A DNA stretch of 64,000 nt from Ramazzottius varieornatus (Eukaryota; Animalia; Tardigrada). Below are positions 48,155 through 59,848 of the stretch, in pieces. Under the pieces are notes generated by a model. That model made no database searches and was not told the origin of the DNA. It saw only the letters and a list, made by a program, of their open reading frames with translations. The DNA lies in NCBI GenBank assembly GCA_001949185.1, contig BDGG01000013.1:627130-691129 (forward strand), given 5' to 3'. Each line of letters opens with the position of its first letter. Position 1 is the first letter of the stretch. Made by a program: the position numbers and the translations under genes.

Positions 48155-50144
48155 TAAACGATTCTAGCGGTGTACCTGCCAGCTACCGAGAAGAAACTTA
48201 CTTGGTCGAAGACTGGCACGATTGGGTATGCATGACGCGTACACGATGCGGAGATGAAATCGGGACAAACGGAACTGTTACGCGCACAATAAAGCTGTCG
48301 GCTTACGTAAAAAACTTCGAACTTCAACCGTACTGAGGAGCCTTATCAAGGTAAGCATCTTTCCTACGCCTCTCAATTTGCAAACTTTGCACAGGCTGGT
48401 CTAAGTAAGTGCTCTCTTCGGGTGAAGTGATTCCGGGAACCGGCTGCAGTTACAAAAACAAGCTGCCGGACATTCTGGAATACTGTGTTTGCCGCGGTGC
48501 ATCAGTACCACATCTGCTGACACCAAGTCTCCATACATTAGTTTTTTGCCAGCCTGAGCCATTTGTCCTGCCTTCAGAGAGCTAACACTCGTAAACATCA
48601 GCAAATCCTTACATAACACTAAAATTATTGCAGATCGTGCAAGGTTGGTTCAGGTGGTTCTGGAAGGATGACGCGAGATAGCCGGAGCACAAATAGATTA
48701 GACGTGCCCCGTAACCGTCGAAGCTTGCATCACAGCGGATCTAAACAAAGAAACACAAAACAGTGCAGACGAAGGAAAGTCGGCTGGAAGTCATGGGTAT
48801 CCTTCAGAACTGAAGAAGATAAAGTTCAGCTGAGCCGACGTCTTGCAGTCTCCTTGAGTTGTGTAGACGTTGTACTGCGCTCTCCCGAGCTTTCTCCTGA
48901 AAACGAAAGATGGTTCACATTGAGAGACCATTCGAGATCCATGGATCATCCGCGCGAAGTAGCGACTGGCAACCTTTGACAGATCTCAGCCAAAACAAAC
49001 ACCTTTATCCATAACTCACCGTGTGGATTCACAGCAGTAATCGTTCTTCGTTCGCCCATTATCCTCCAGTCAATGGTCCAGCGGCCTTCTCGCGTCAAGT
49101 TAGCAGAATCAAGTCCCCTGTTACGTATACCGCCCCGCTTCCTTCGGTTCTCCTTCGGTTGATTCGTCTGGTGTTGTGGTGCACTTGACCCAGCCCGCCT
49201 TTCGCCAGCCTGCGAGCTGAGCTTCGCTGGCGAGAATCTTCAGTCATCGTTTACCGTGATATGAACTTGTACTCTTCCTTGTGATTTCTCGTGATAGGAA
49301 TTGAGTGGTTGATTGATTGTCTTGGTCTCAAGATCGCGTAAGTACCTGTGGGAACTGAGGTCCAGACGTCTTCTAGACTCCCAAGTCTGCGTTTGGATAG
49401 GCTTTCGGGAAATCGGGATACTGACTGGCGCCAGGCAGCACCTTGAAGGAACAACTGGTGAGTAGGGATATATGGAATGTTTGTGTTTCTTCCTTGTAGG
49501 CAACTACGAGGAAGCGGATCTAGTCTACGTGGTCCGGAACTGGTCCGTACCACCCCACACGACTTGGATCCGACCCAGTAGATTGATTCGAGACCATGAA
49601 CGAGACTCAACAGTCTCGAGAATTAAATCAATCATGCGTGCCGAGCAGCCGAAATTTGAAAAGCAGGTTCGCAAGAAAAAAATGTTGGGCCATGCGGCCA
49701 AAATGCATCGTACATATAATGCGTAGAACTGGTACCCAAGCAGAGCGCGCGAGGGAGCATGAGCAACTGTACCGGTAAACTTGAAAACGAGCAGCTAACC
49801 ATCGGATTCCGGTTCTTTCTGGCCGGTTTTTTCCCAGAAACTAGCTGGAAATTTACGCTTTATCTCGACCTGCGTCAGGACTGTCAAGCATCTTCAACAC
49901 CTCGATTTTCAACAGTACACGAGAATGGCGCGATATCTTGAAAACACGAAGGACTCGCAGCAGAAGCAAGGTTCGGAGGACCACGAGCAAGCTGGCACTG
50001 TGTTCACATTTCCAGATGATGACAACTAGATCAACGGGGAACCTGCATAATGGAAACATTCACGTCGCACAAACGTACCATTGCGGTCAGGAACTGGCAA
50101 ATCAATCAATCAAAACGAAGGCGGAGTTCGCGGCGGGATTGCAA

Positions 50145-50984
50145 TCAAGAGATTTGATGGACTTTATTGGCCTGTTTGGTGGTACCGTGAACAATTTCCG
50201 GCGGCGATGCTGGTGCATCCGACGGCTGATGGGTGCCAACAGAGCGCAATGGGACCATTCCGCTCCAATCCGTTTTCACGGGTCGGACTCTTCCATGGAC
50301 ACGCTTCCAAACATTGTAGCATGCAACAGAGAAAACGGCCACGATGATTAACGTGGGTGCCACGAAGATCAACACCTGCATACTTCTCTTCCATTCTTTC
50401 GGTGCGCTAGTATCAGAACGACAGCCTTCGGTGAGCGGAGGTCGGTACAGCTAAAGGTCCAGTAAATTACCGGGTAGCAGACACACATGAAGATAAACCC
50501 ACACAGCGAGGCAAACGATAAGTGCAGATCTTCTCTTTTGATAGCGCCGATACGAGGCTGGAAAGGTCATGGCCCAGAAACGGTTCAGTGCAATTAACGT
50601 GTGCGCGTGAAGCATGCCGCCCATGATTATCCAGCCACCATGCTGGAACAGAGTGCAAACCGAATTGCCGAACCACCACACAGCATAAAGGCTGTCTAGA
50701 AGGTTGATGGTATCGTAGAATACTGAGCAAAGAATGTTCACGAGTGAGAGGTAAAAAGGGTAGATGGTGAATGTTGTTACAAGGGAAGGGTTTTGCTGCA
50801 ACAGAAAAGCCAGGGCACTGTTGGTTAACAAGGCACTAATCTGGACGAAGATCGCGAAGCCTGCCGTCAGGGACCAATTAGGTCCGACAAATAAATTGAT
50901 GTCGCTGGTAAAATTATTGGCAGAGGTGTTAGTAGACAACAACCCAACATAGGCATAGACTACTGCAGTTCCGTTTCCTTTCAT
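50145..50984 (-). pseudogene. Rhodopsin-like (class A) GPCR with an in-frame TAG after TM4 and no clear TM6-7
   Basis: TM1-4 include IALNRFWAMTFP (DRY-like NRF). TAG at 50451-50453 is followed in frame by LYRPPLTEGC...W and TM5 QVLIFVAPTLIIVAVF. Confidence 0.7.
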
Positions 50985-51641
50985 GGTTAGCTCTGATGTC
51001 AAAAGTGAGATGTTCAAAGAAGAAGTTCCGACTGGATACAATCGAATGCTAAATAGATGGGGAAAATCAGACAACCGAAGACTGACTCTACTTTGACTGA
51101 TCGACTGCGGCTTTTCAACCACCGGTGCCACTACCACCACCACCACCACCGGTGTGTTGAGGCGTTGCTACCGGATTAAGACTACAGGCTATGTACAGTT
51201 ATTTTAAACAACGCATTCGAAGGATTCCAAGCCCTGGGTTCTCCGTACCCTTTCTTGCTGACGGTCAGTTCGAGTAACTGGGTTGTTATCTTGCCTACAT
51301 TTGTCTTGACATTGCTGTGGGGTCCATTTCGAAAACAAGCCATTGGGGAGCCTTCTTCTCCCTCAATGCATTTCATCAATGTGCCGCCGTCGGGGTGCAC
51401 AATCACTGGCTAACCATATACTGTTCTATTGCACTGCCATCGTTGACTGGAAAGATGGAAGAGCTGGCTCGTACGGCGCCTCTTTGCGTCCCCCACCCCG
51501 TGCAATTCAAAACGCAGTAACTTTTCACTCACGCCGGCCAAGTGAACCTGACCTTGCTGCGTGGAGATGTACGTACGGCTTTTTGTCTAGCTCGATTAGT
51601 GTTGATGGAGTACTCAGCCGTAAAATCTGATTTGTATACTG

Positions 51642-51886
51642 TAGTAGGCTCGGCGAAGCTAAAACAAGCCGTTTTAGCTGTCTTACCCGTGCTTGAAAAT
51701 ATTTCAGCTGAGGCTAAACCAGCCAAAATACTTTTAGCCACGGCTAAAATATACTAAGCGTTCGATTGATTTATTGATGTTGAGTCGGCTAGGAAATGTT
51801 TCAACCCTTTTAACCGCGGCTGAACAGCGATTTGGCCTCGGCTAAGAACAAAAACACCGCTTATTTCAGCTTAACTGAACCTTCTG
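51642..51886. mobile_element. MITE, same family as 45073-45454
   Basis: Imperfect TIRs TAGTAGGCTCGGCGAAGCTAAAA / TTTCAGCTTAACTGAACCTTCTG. TG on both flanks. Confidence 0.7.
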
Positions 51887-52773
51887 TGCTGATTTCCTAC
51901 ATTACCGAGTTTACCGTGGAGACGAGTGCTCCCATTGACTCATCCCAAGGGAAAAAGACTCTACTTTTTGGCAACTATAAGACTGCCAGCTACCGGAAGC
52001 CGACAGTGACAAGAGTGGAAGCTGACTAAGTGGTGCGCACATGCGCAGATTGCCTGCACTCGTCACAATGCGCATCATTTCGACGGGCGGAGCTAATAAC
52101 TGACATATTTGCAGATTGATAGCTGTCTGTCATTCACGCGTTTCGTTTCCTATCTGCTTTTAATCTTTTCAATGGAGTGTCAGTTTTCAGACTTTTAAGA
52201 GTCGGTATTGATGTTTCTCGTCTTCTGACCAGTGGGGTACTGATTGACCCACTGTGTTTTGCCATGGAAAATTATGGTTATCGTCTGCAGAAATTACCTT
52301 GATTTGCGAAAGTGTCACATAAGCTCTGTCGTGGGGTGTGGTAGCTCCATTTTTACGAATGTCACTCGGATTTCTTACCACCTCGAGTAAGGGTCCATAT
52401 GCCTCACTTCGGAACTAAGCGCCGAGCACATGAGTGACCTCAGTTAATCCTGCTCCGCTCACGAGCTCGATATTGATTGGCTAGTCCTTAGATAAGTAAT
52501 TTACTCGCGTCATGAAGCAAGGTTTATGTCGCTACCTAAAACCGGTTGTGCCAAAACTACCTCTGAGCGAGAATCTAAAATCGTTGGTCGCAACCTGAAC
52601 GGGAACAAGCACAAGCACCAGAGTTTGCAACGCAAAATCTGTTGTTCCGAGTATAATATGACACATGTGCCACAGACAGCCAGTCTGCCACTGCAGCTGT
52701 CATACAATATGACTGCGATTTTCGAATTTTATTTCTCGCTCCTAGTTATACCATTCGTTTTCTCCATTGCAAA

Positions 52774-54377
52774 ATGGATCCCAGATCGACTCTGACTGCT
52801 TTGCTGTTAATCTATCGGCTTCGTCTACTTAACTTGCAACGGCGGAAGGTGGAATTGAAGCGACTACAGGCATTGTCTCGTCCACCACGTCAGCGGAAGG
52901 CACGAAGATGGTATGTCCGACCCAGAAGCCTGAACAGAGGAGAAACGGGAGAGTACATCAGAAGAGCAAAGACTTTTGAAACTGACCCAGAGTACTACAA
53001 GGAGTACTTCCGGATGACCGAACCACAGTTCAAACTGCTCTTGAAGCTGGTAACTCCGTTGATACTGCATGATCCAACCCACATACAGCCTATTACTGCG
53101 GAAGAACGGCTTGTTTTGACTTTAAGGTACCGTAATCATAAATATGAATATGGATACTTCATCACAACAGCCATAAACGTGTCAATAAAACAGTGCTTCC
53201 TAGGATTCTCGCTACCGGTATCTCGCAGACTGCTGATACGCATTCATTCGCCATCTGCCAGACAACCGTCGGGAACATCTTCAAAGAAACTACCAAAGCA
53301 ATTTACACGGCCTTGAAGGATGCATATATCGGGGAACCCAGCAAAGACAGATGGCAGCAGAATGCTGAAAGCTTTGAGGCCATGTGGAACTTTCCCAATT
53401 GTATAGGTGCAATCGACGGAAAGCATGTCCAGATCAAGGTGCAAATTTTCTATGTACATTATAAATATTCGTCCTCCTTTACCAGACAACACGCACACTA
53501 ATCTGCTGTTTGTCTTTTGTAGAAGCCGAAGAATGGAGGTAGCAAGGGGATTAACTATAAAGGGACACATTCAGTTGTTCTCATGGCTGTGGCGCGCGCA
53601 GATCATACATTCGTGTACGTCGACGTGGGAGGTTTCGGTCGGCAAAGCGATGGTGGTACTTGGCAAAACTGTACTTTGGGTCGCGCTTTCAGTGATGGAG
53701 AGTTGGTTCTGCCGACCGCAAGAAAGCCACCGCTGTGTGCCAAGAAGTTGCCGTACGTATTTGTGGCAGACGCTGCATTCCCAATGTCAGAAAACTTACT
53801 GCGACCATATCCCGGATACGAATCATCTAGCCTTGCCAAACAAGAACGTATATTCAACTACAGGTTCGATAGTGTTCATTTTTTACAGATCCATAACCAG
53901 AATATGCCGTGCGAATGATTATGGTCACTATATTACTGCAGGTTGTCCCGAGCTCGTCGAGTTGTCGAGAATGCCTTCAGCATACTTGCAGCCAAGTGGG
54001 AAATATTTCGGGGACCCATCGCGCTCGAACCACAACAAGTGATTTACCTCACGCTTGCCTGCTGTGCATTGCAAACTTTTCTCATAACGGAAAATGCCAA
54101 GGCGGGTGACAACTACATCTCCCCCACGCTGGTCGATAGCGGAGCTGCTGATGGCACTTTTGTACCTGGTTCTTGGCGGAAAACCATGCCCGCAAGTATG
54201 ATACCTCTTCGTGTTTCCGGAAATAGAGCTGGACGTGCTGCTATTAAGACGCGAGAAGACTTTTCTGAACATTTTAGTACGCATGGCAGTGTTCCGTGGC
54301 AAGATAACATGGTCTTTGGTTTGCTAAACAAGCGACTTTACCAGGACTCTAATAAACTAAAACACCATGAAAATTAA
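52774..54377 (+). CDS. Harbinger DDE transposase (HARBI1-like, 454 aa)
   Basis: Exons 52774-53126, 53204-53438, 53523-53863 and 53942-54377. Motifs LRILATG, IGAIDGKHV, NYKGTHS, SDGG, VADAAFP and RARRVVENAF. Confidence 0.93.
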
Positions 54378-55683
54378 CTACACAGAACTGAAATCTTGGT
54401 TGGAAAGGGTCTCACTGGGACGGTGCTCCGTTGAGCTTCCGGGGTACTGCGCGACAATGACGGGAAAGCCAAAGCCAGTTGCCTGTTCGTACAGAAACAA
54501 AGCTATGGCTTGTTGGATTTTCTGCCGAAGAATTTTACGATCGTCTTCGCTTTGGCTCAACAACGTGGCAGTGACATACGAACCTGCAACAAGCCATTTA
54601 GTACTGTAAGCAATATCGGTTACTTATAGTTTTTTAATAGAGCCTACCATATTGTGCTTGGGGGGAATCCGCCTTTGCTCCTATAATACCTAGAGCTTTC
54701 GTCAGTTCATCGGCTTGGCTGGCTAGCTTGTGCTCTTCGACCTCGCATTCATCCAGTTGTCGAGAACTTTGGCTTTCTTTGCTGCGTTTCTCTGACTTAC
54801 TGCCGCTGGACAACGTGGAAGCTACCATGAAATTGACGTCGGTCACTTGACCCACTTCAAATGGTTTTCGCCAGAATGCCTTCTCAAAAACCATAATTGG
54901 TCGCTCACCTGTCCACGAACGAATCGACGGTGGATCCGGAATGTCGGGCAATTCATCGTCAGGAAGGTTTCCGTCATACTCTTCGTCGTCGTCGTTTCCG
55001 GTGATGCCTTGTTCATCATCAGTTGTGGCGTCCACCAAAGAAAAATCATCACCAGCCCGAATAGCTGCCTTAGCTTTATCGAGAGTCGATACAGATCTGC
55101 AAAATACCCTTCATGATTACATAACTTACATATAGAAAATTATACAGTCGAAGAGTGGACGTACTCGTTCGGAGTAATATGGTCCTTGACGAACAGCATG
55201 CTCTCCCAGTGCGGCCAGCTTTCAATGACCGCCTGTCTTCCAGCACCGCTGGCAGGATGCTCCTTCAGCTTCTTTCCAAAGTTCCGACGAAGATTGGTCC
55301 ATAATCTCTTGACGGCATCGCCTGCGTAAAACGACATGTTCAGCTAGGGTTCAGCTAAATTAAAGAATAATGTTCATCGACTTTCACTGACCTGTCTTGT
55401 CCAGTTTCAATTCCTTAGCCATATCTTCCCAGATATCCAGTCGTTTGTCTTTACCTTTGTAGTAATCAACATGTCCAGTATCATAGACCACACTGTTCTT
55501 CTGTACAAGAGTGATCACGTTGGCGATGTCCTTGTCGCTCCATTCTTCTCTCGTCGCTGCTTTGCGTCGCGTCTTCCTGGGTGGCACATCAGCTGGTGTC
55601 GTCTTCTTTGCTGGTTTGGCTGTCCTAGGAGCTGCTCGTTTACCGCTACCTGCCGTCGGTGGCTTCGATCCTTGACTGCTCAT
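54378..55683 (-). CDS. Harbinger accessory Myb/SANT-like (MADF) DNA-binding protein with a BESS-like C-terminus (367 aa)
   Basis: Exons 55683-55392, 55321-55165, 55096-54648 and 54583-54378. Motifs WSDKD..LVQKNSVVYD..YY..IWEDMA..VKRLWTNLR..SGAG..WPHWESMLFV. Confidence 0.88.
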
Positions 55684-56723
55684 GGTTGCGTAAAGAGGAG
55701 TTAGAAGCATCAACAGAGAGGCAAGATCGCCGCCACCGTAGACAACAGGATCAAAAACTTCCAAATAAAAATGGGAGAATTCATCACAGTTTTCGATATT
55801 TGGAGCCTGTCTCATCGGTCAAGCAATACGGACGAAATCAACGCCAGCGACAATGATGTGGCCTTTGAGCTAAATCTTGCAAGCTCAAAGCTTTCTAATC
55901 GTGTTCCACGCTTGTTCCAGTCAAAAAATCGCTTGTGCCAGAGCTCGCTCAAAGCTCGCTCAAAGGGGTAATATACTTTTTCGATGGAGCAAGGCTAGGT
56001 AGCGACCCAAGTATAATTAGCCTTTGAGCCGGTTTTGGAACAAGGCTCGCTCAAAGCTTCCTGACGCGAGTAAATTACTGCCCTTACGCTATAGTAATGC
56101 TTCTCACCTCTTCAATACATCATACGAACGATTTTCACAGTCCAACTGCGATTATGAAACGTGGGCAGAATGTGCACGTTTTTTTGCAGGGACTCACTGA
56201 CAACGTCGTTTGGACCATTTGGGCTTATCGTTCTTCGATCCCTCTGCAGGCCTTCGATTCGTCTGAACATCTTCTGGCAGACGGATACTGGTTATGCTCT
56301 GCTCAGTTTGCAATGCTGGCCGCTATGATCCATACTGCCCCGTGATCACCCGGAATCCGTACTGTATGTTTTCTGAAGTTACATAGTGATTTTCTATCAG
56401 ATCTAGTCTTCCTATTAACAGCCTTATCCTCCGCTCTTTCGTTTTGATTTGATTATCAATCGAATAAAGTTCTGACTTCTCCATGAGAGCTGGTAAAGTA
56501 AAGTAGGAAAAAGGGAAGAAAGCGGTGGCAAGAACAGGCCTGGTGGGAGCTTGCAAAAAAGAGTTCGAAAAAGTATCAAATATCGGTCATAAGATGGGCG
56601 AAAAATAACGTTCAGTTTAGGGTTACCGATGTACCGCGAATTTGTTAACGTTGAACCCTACATTTTCCAAAAAAGGAACGAGATACTATACGAAAAATGA
56701 TTTTGTCGGACCAGGGTCATGTA

Positions 56724-58783
56724 CACTGAGCCTCATATTTATCTGTCCACCCCCATCTTTGCTCAAGAATTCATAACTCAGTTTGCACTCTCCCGATTTT
56801 GATGTAGAACAAGCATGATGTGCTATTTGCTGGCTAACACCCGCAACTCGGAGCCGAAAACAAGGCAGTTTGAGATGTTCGTAGGGATGATACTGCCAGT
56901 TGATTTGCTGATTGATTCATACGGGAGTCACGTGATCGTACAGATGAAACACTGATCTCTATAAAAACGTTCAAAATCAGGTTAGTGCGAAATAAGCTAC
57001 TGTATTCCCTCTAAGTTTCTGCGCAGTACGTCATCACGTAAGTGAATTATACCCCGCAAAAAATTTACGGTAAATCAGACTGATTGTTTGATTGTCGCCC
57101 ATCAGGTTGTCACTTATTGCTCATTGTTATCTGAATTTTCAACTGGAAGCACATTGCTGGGCTCGTTGCCGCAATGAGCTCTAAAATTCATAGTACTTAC
57201 TCTGTGGAGGAGGCCAAGCGTCATGTCATTGCACTGGAAAGGTGGGAGGGAAGCAATCGGAGTTACGCCAAGGCTGTTGGAATATCTGAATCGACATTGC
57301 GCCTTTGGAAGTAAGAACTGATTCAAGTTGTTTCGGATCCCTTTGTGTTTCTCCAATAACTTTCGTCATTCTCAGGTTTGGAAAGCTTCCAGAAAACAGC
57401 AGAAACTCCACAAAGCAGATTATGCACCCTGAACTCGATGCAGCGGTGTACAGCAAATACGAAGAGCGTCTCGCGCAGCTCAAGCCCACTCGAGATTTCA
57501 ACCTGCAAAGAATGGCTCTTGCCGCTGCTGTCAAGCTAGGAATCAACCGGGTTTAGGGCTCCGAAAGGATGGGTGGAGAAGTTCAGAAAGCGACGTGGAA
57601 TAGTTTTGAGAGTCACAACGAAGATTGGCCGAAAGTTCGCGCAAACGGACGAAGACAAGGTAAGAGGTCTGCTTATTACGGTGTGTGACGTCATGTCATG
57701 AAATTTTTGCTATTGCATTACGATTAGTGACGACATGCGCAAAATAAACTGCCATTCGCTTTTCCTATCTGCAGATCCAGGAAGAATTCTTCCTACACGG
57801 GATTTTTGAAGCTGTCTCCCTAAATCAACCTCATCCTTACCACATCTTGAACATGGACCAGACTTCTGTCAGACTGCAGAACACGTATAAGAACACGCTA
57901 TCTCCAAAAGGTGCGAAGAAAGTTCGAGCTGTCCAGCCTCCTGGAGATCCCGAATGCCTCACGGTTTGCGCCGACGGCTCAAAATTCCCCGCTTCCATAG
58001 TGTTCAAAGGCAACAAGAAGACCGGAACGCTTTCGCCAAGAATCCTAAACGACCGGAGAGCTGTCGCCAAGAATCCTAAACAAGTTGGTGATGCCCGAGA
58101 ACGTGCGCATTTTCAGTACTCATTCGGGGTGGTGGAATTCGGCTTGTGATCAGTTTTGGATCAGCGAAACGTTCGACGAAAGACACGATGGTGGAACCCT
58201 GATCCGCGATCGTGCGCCAGCTCATGGGAGTTTCGAAAGTCAGCTCCCCTGGAAAATCTGGGTATTGAACAGGTGTTCATTCCTGCTGGACTTACTGGTA
58301 CCTATCAACCCCTCGAGGTAGGTGTTAACTTTCCCTTTAAATCGTATCTGCGGCGATCTTACCATGTCTGGAGGGATGATCTCACCGCTGTTACCAAGAG
58401 TGGATACTTGAAGAAGACTTCATCCATTTTGCTTCGGAAGCTTGGGACAAAATCAAGGTTTCTACGGTAGAAAATTCTTTTGTTGGAGCTAATATTATGC
58501 CAGAGCCTTTGTACATGTTAGCTTGACAGGAAGAGATTATAGATAGTCGTGAGGATTTGTAGGCCTCTTTCGAGTGTAGTTTCAGCTCGGTGGAAGGATC
58601 ATTTACAGAAGAATAAAGCGTAACTGTATGGAAATTGATTGACGAGCCTTCAATTGACGACCTAGTTGTTTTTCTATACCCGGTAGGTAATATTTACGGG
58701 CCTGTCACGTGACTGCGCAGAACCTTACAGCATGAAGTTTTGAAACGGGGATGGGGGTGGACAGATAAATATGGAACTCAGTG
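56724..58783 (+). mobile_element. Decayed Tc1/mariner-superfamily element (2060 bp) carrying a pogo/Tc2-like transposase
   Basis: ~34-bp TIRs TA|CACTGAG...CATATTTATCTGTCCACCCCCATC. A second, inner TIR pair lies at ~57000-57027 and ~58712-58735. Confidence 0.85.
57200..58620 (+). pseudogene. pogo/Tigger-like (CENP-B HTH plus DDE_1) transposase pseudogene
   Basis: HTH PELDAAVY..., frameshift to FRAPKGWVEKFRKRRGI, then NMDQT, IRDRAPAH and YQPLEVGVNFPFK. Several frameshifts and an 18-bp duplication at ~58033/58064. Confidence 0.85.
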
Positions 58784-59690
58784 TACTACCAAAGTCCCAT
58801 GACGTTGCACAGTTCTTTCTTCTCGTACGAGGGACCGGTGCTCGGTGGGCGCCAGTGCTGCCATTGGTCTGACCTATGTGCGCACATAGTTCAGCGCGTC
58901 TGTGTGCGTAGTTGTGCATATTTTCAACTGAATTTCGTCGTCACTTCCGCTTCCTGCGGTGTTTTCCATGATTTTACTCCGCCGACGCATTCTATCTCAG
59001 GTTGTGGAGCAAACTCTCCTCTGTCTTTCTGTCGTATTGTTTTGGGGATCAGAGTGGACAGACTGGCGTGAACCCTTTGTCAGTTACTTCTCTGGCTTCC
59101 ACCTGACATACATATGGGGTTCAATAACTTTTAAGGCAGAGGCTACCCGAAAGCGCTATTTTTCAAAGAACGCTCTCGAGAGATCGATCATCTCTTCTCA
59201 CCACTATTCTCAAAAGATGAGGTACCTGGTACTCGAATAGAAGAAGAGATAGTGTTCTGAAAAGATGCAAGAAGTCATTTTTCGATTTTCTTCGTAAACT
59301 CGAGCATTTTGTGAGGTTATTCCTGTGTTATCCGCGCCGATGGTGAAAATACAGTTTTCCGAATATCTGAGATAGGGGATTTCTTGGCGCTTCAACAAAA
59401 AGTAACTGGAGTGTGAAGGGAATACTGAGCGACAAATAATTTTCATCAGGAATGGAATCGTGGCGCAGAAAACAGAAACGTTTCCAAAGTCCGTCTGGTG
59501 ATCAGGTAAGGCACCAGCTGATTTTTCCCCGTTTCACTTGCGCATTTTCACTTGGTGCAAAAAAGAAACTTTTTCTCGAGCGTGGACAGCGTTCTGACTT
59601 GACTTCCTTCTGCCCAGACTAGTTACTAGACATCCTTCTTTCATCCAGAGCTAAAGTCAAACTCAAACGTGCAATGGTAAAGGAGAACTA

Positions 59691-59848
59691 CTGTAGTGCA
59701 ACCAGATTATCGCGCACTTAACCACGTGCTGAGTCATCGCTGCCCAGCATGATCAGATATCATCACCGCTGCCATCGCGGATGACTCTCACCCTGGCATC
59801 ATTGACTGTTCACGTGGTTGAGTGCGCGATAATTTGGTAGCACTGCAG
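59691..59848. mobile_element. TA-flanked MITE (158 bp)
   Basis: ~38-bp TIRs TA|CTGTAGTGCAACCAGATTATCGCGCACTTAACCACGTG, with the reverse complement at the right end. Confidence 0.85.

Larger units (their letters stand above)
52491..56083. mobile_element. Full-length PIF/Harbinger transposon (3593 bp)
   Basis: TIR core AGTAATTTACTCGCGTCA.GAAGC at both ends. TTA TSD at 52488-52490 and 56084-56086. Encodes a transposase and a Myb/MADF protein. Confidence 0.93.
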
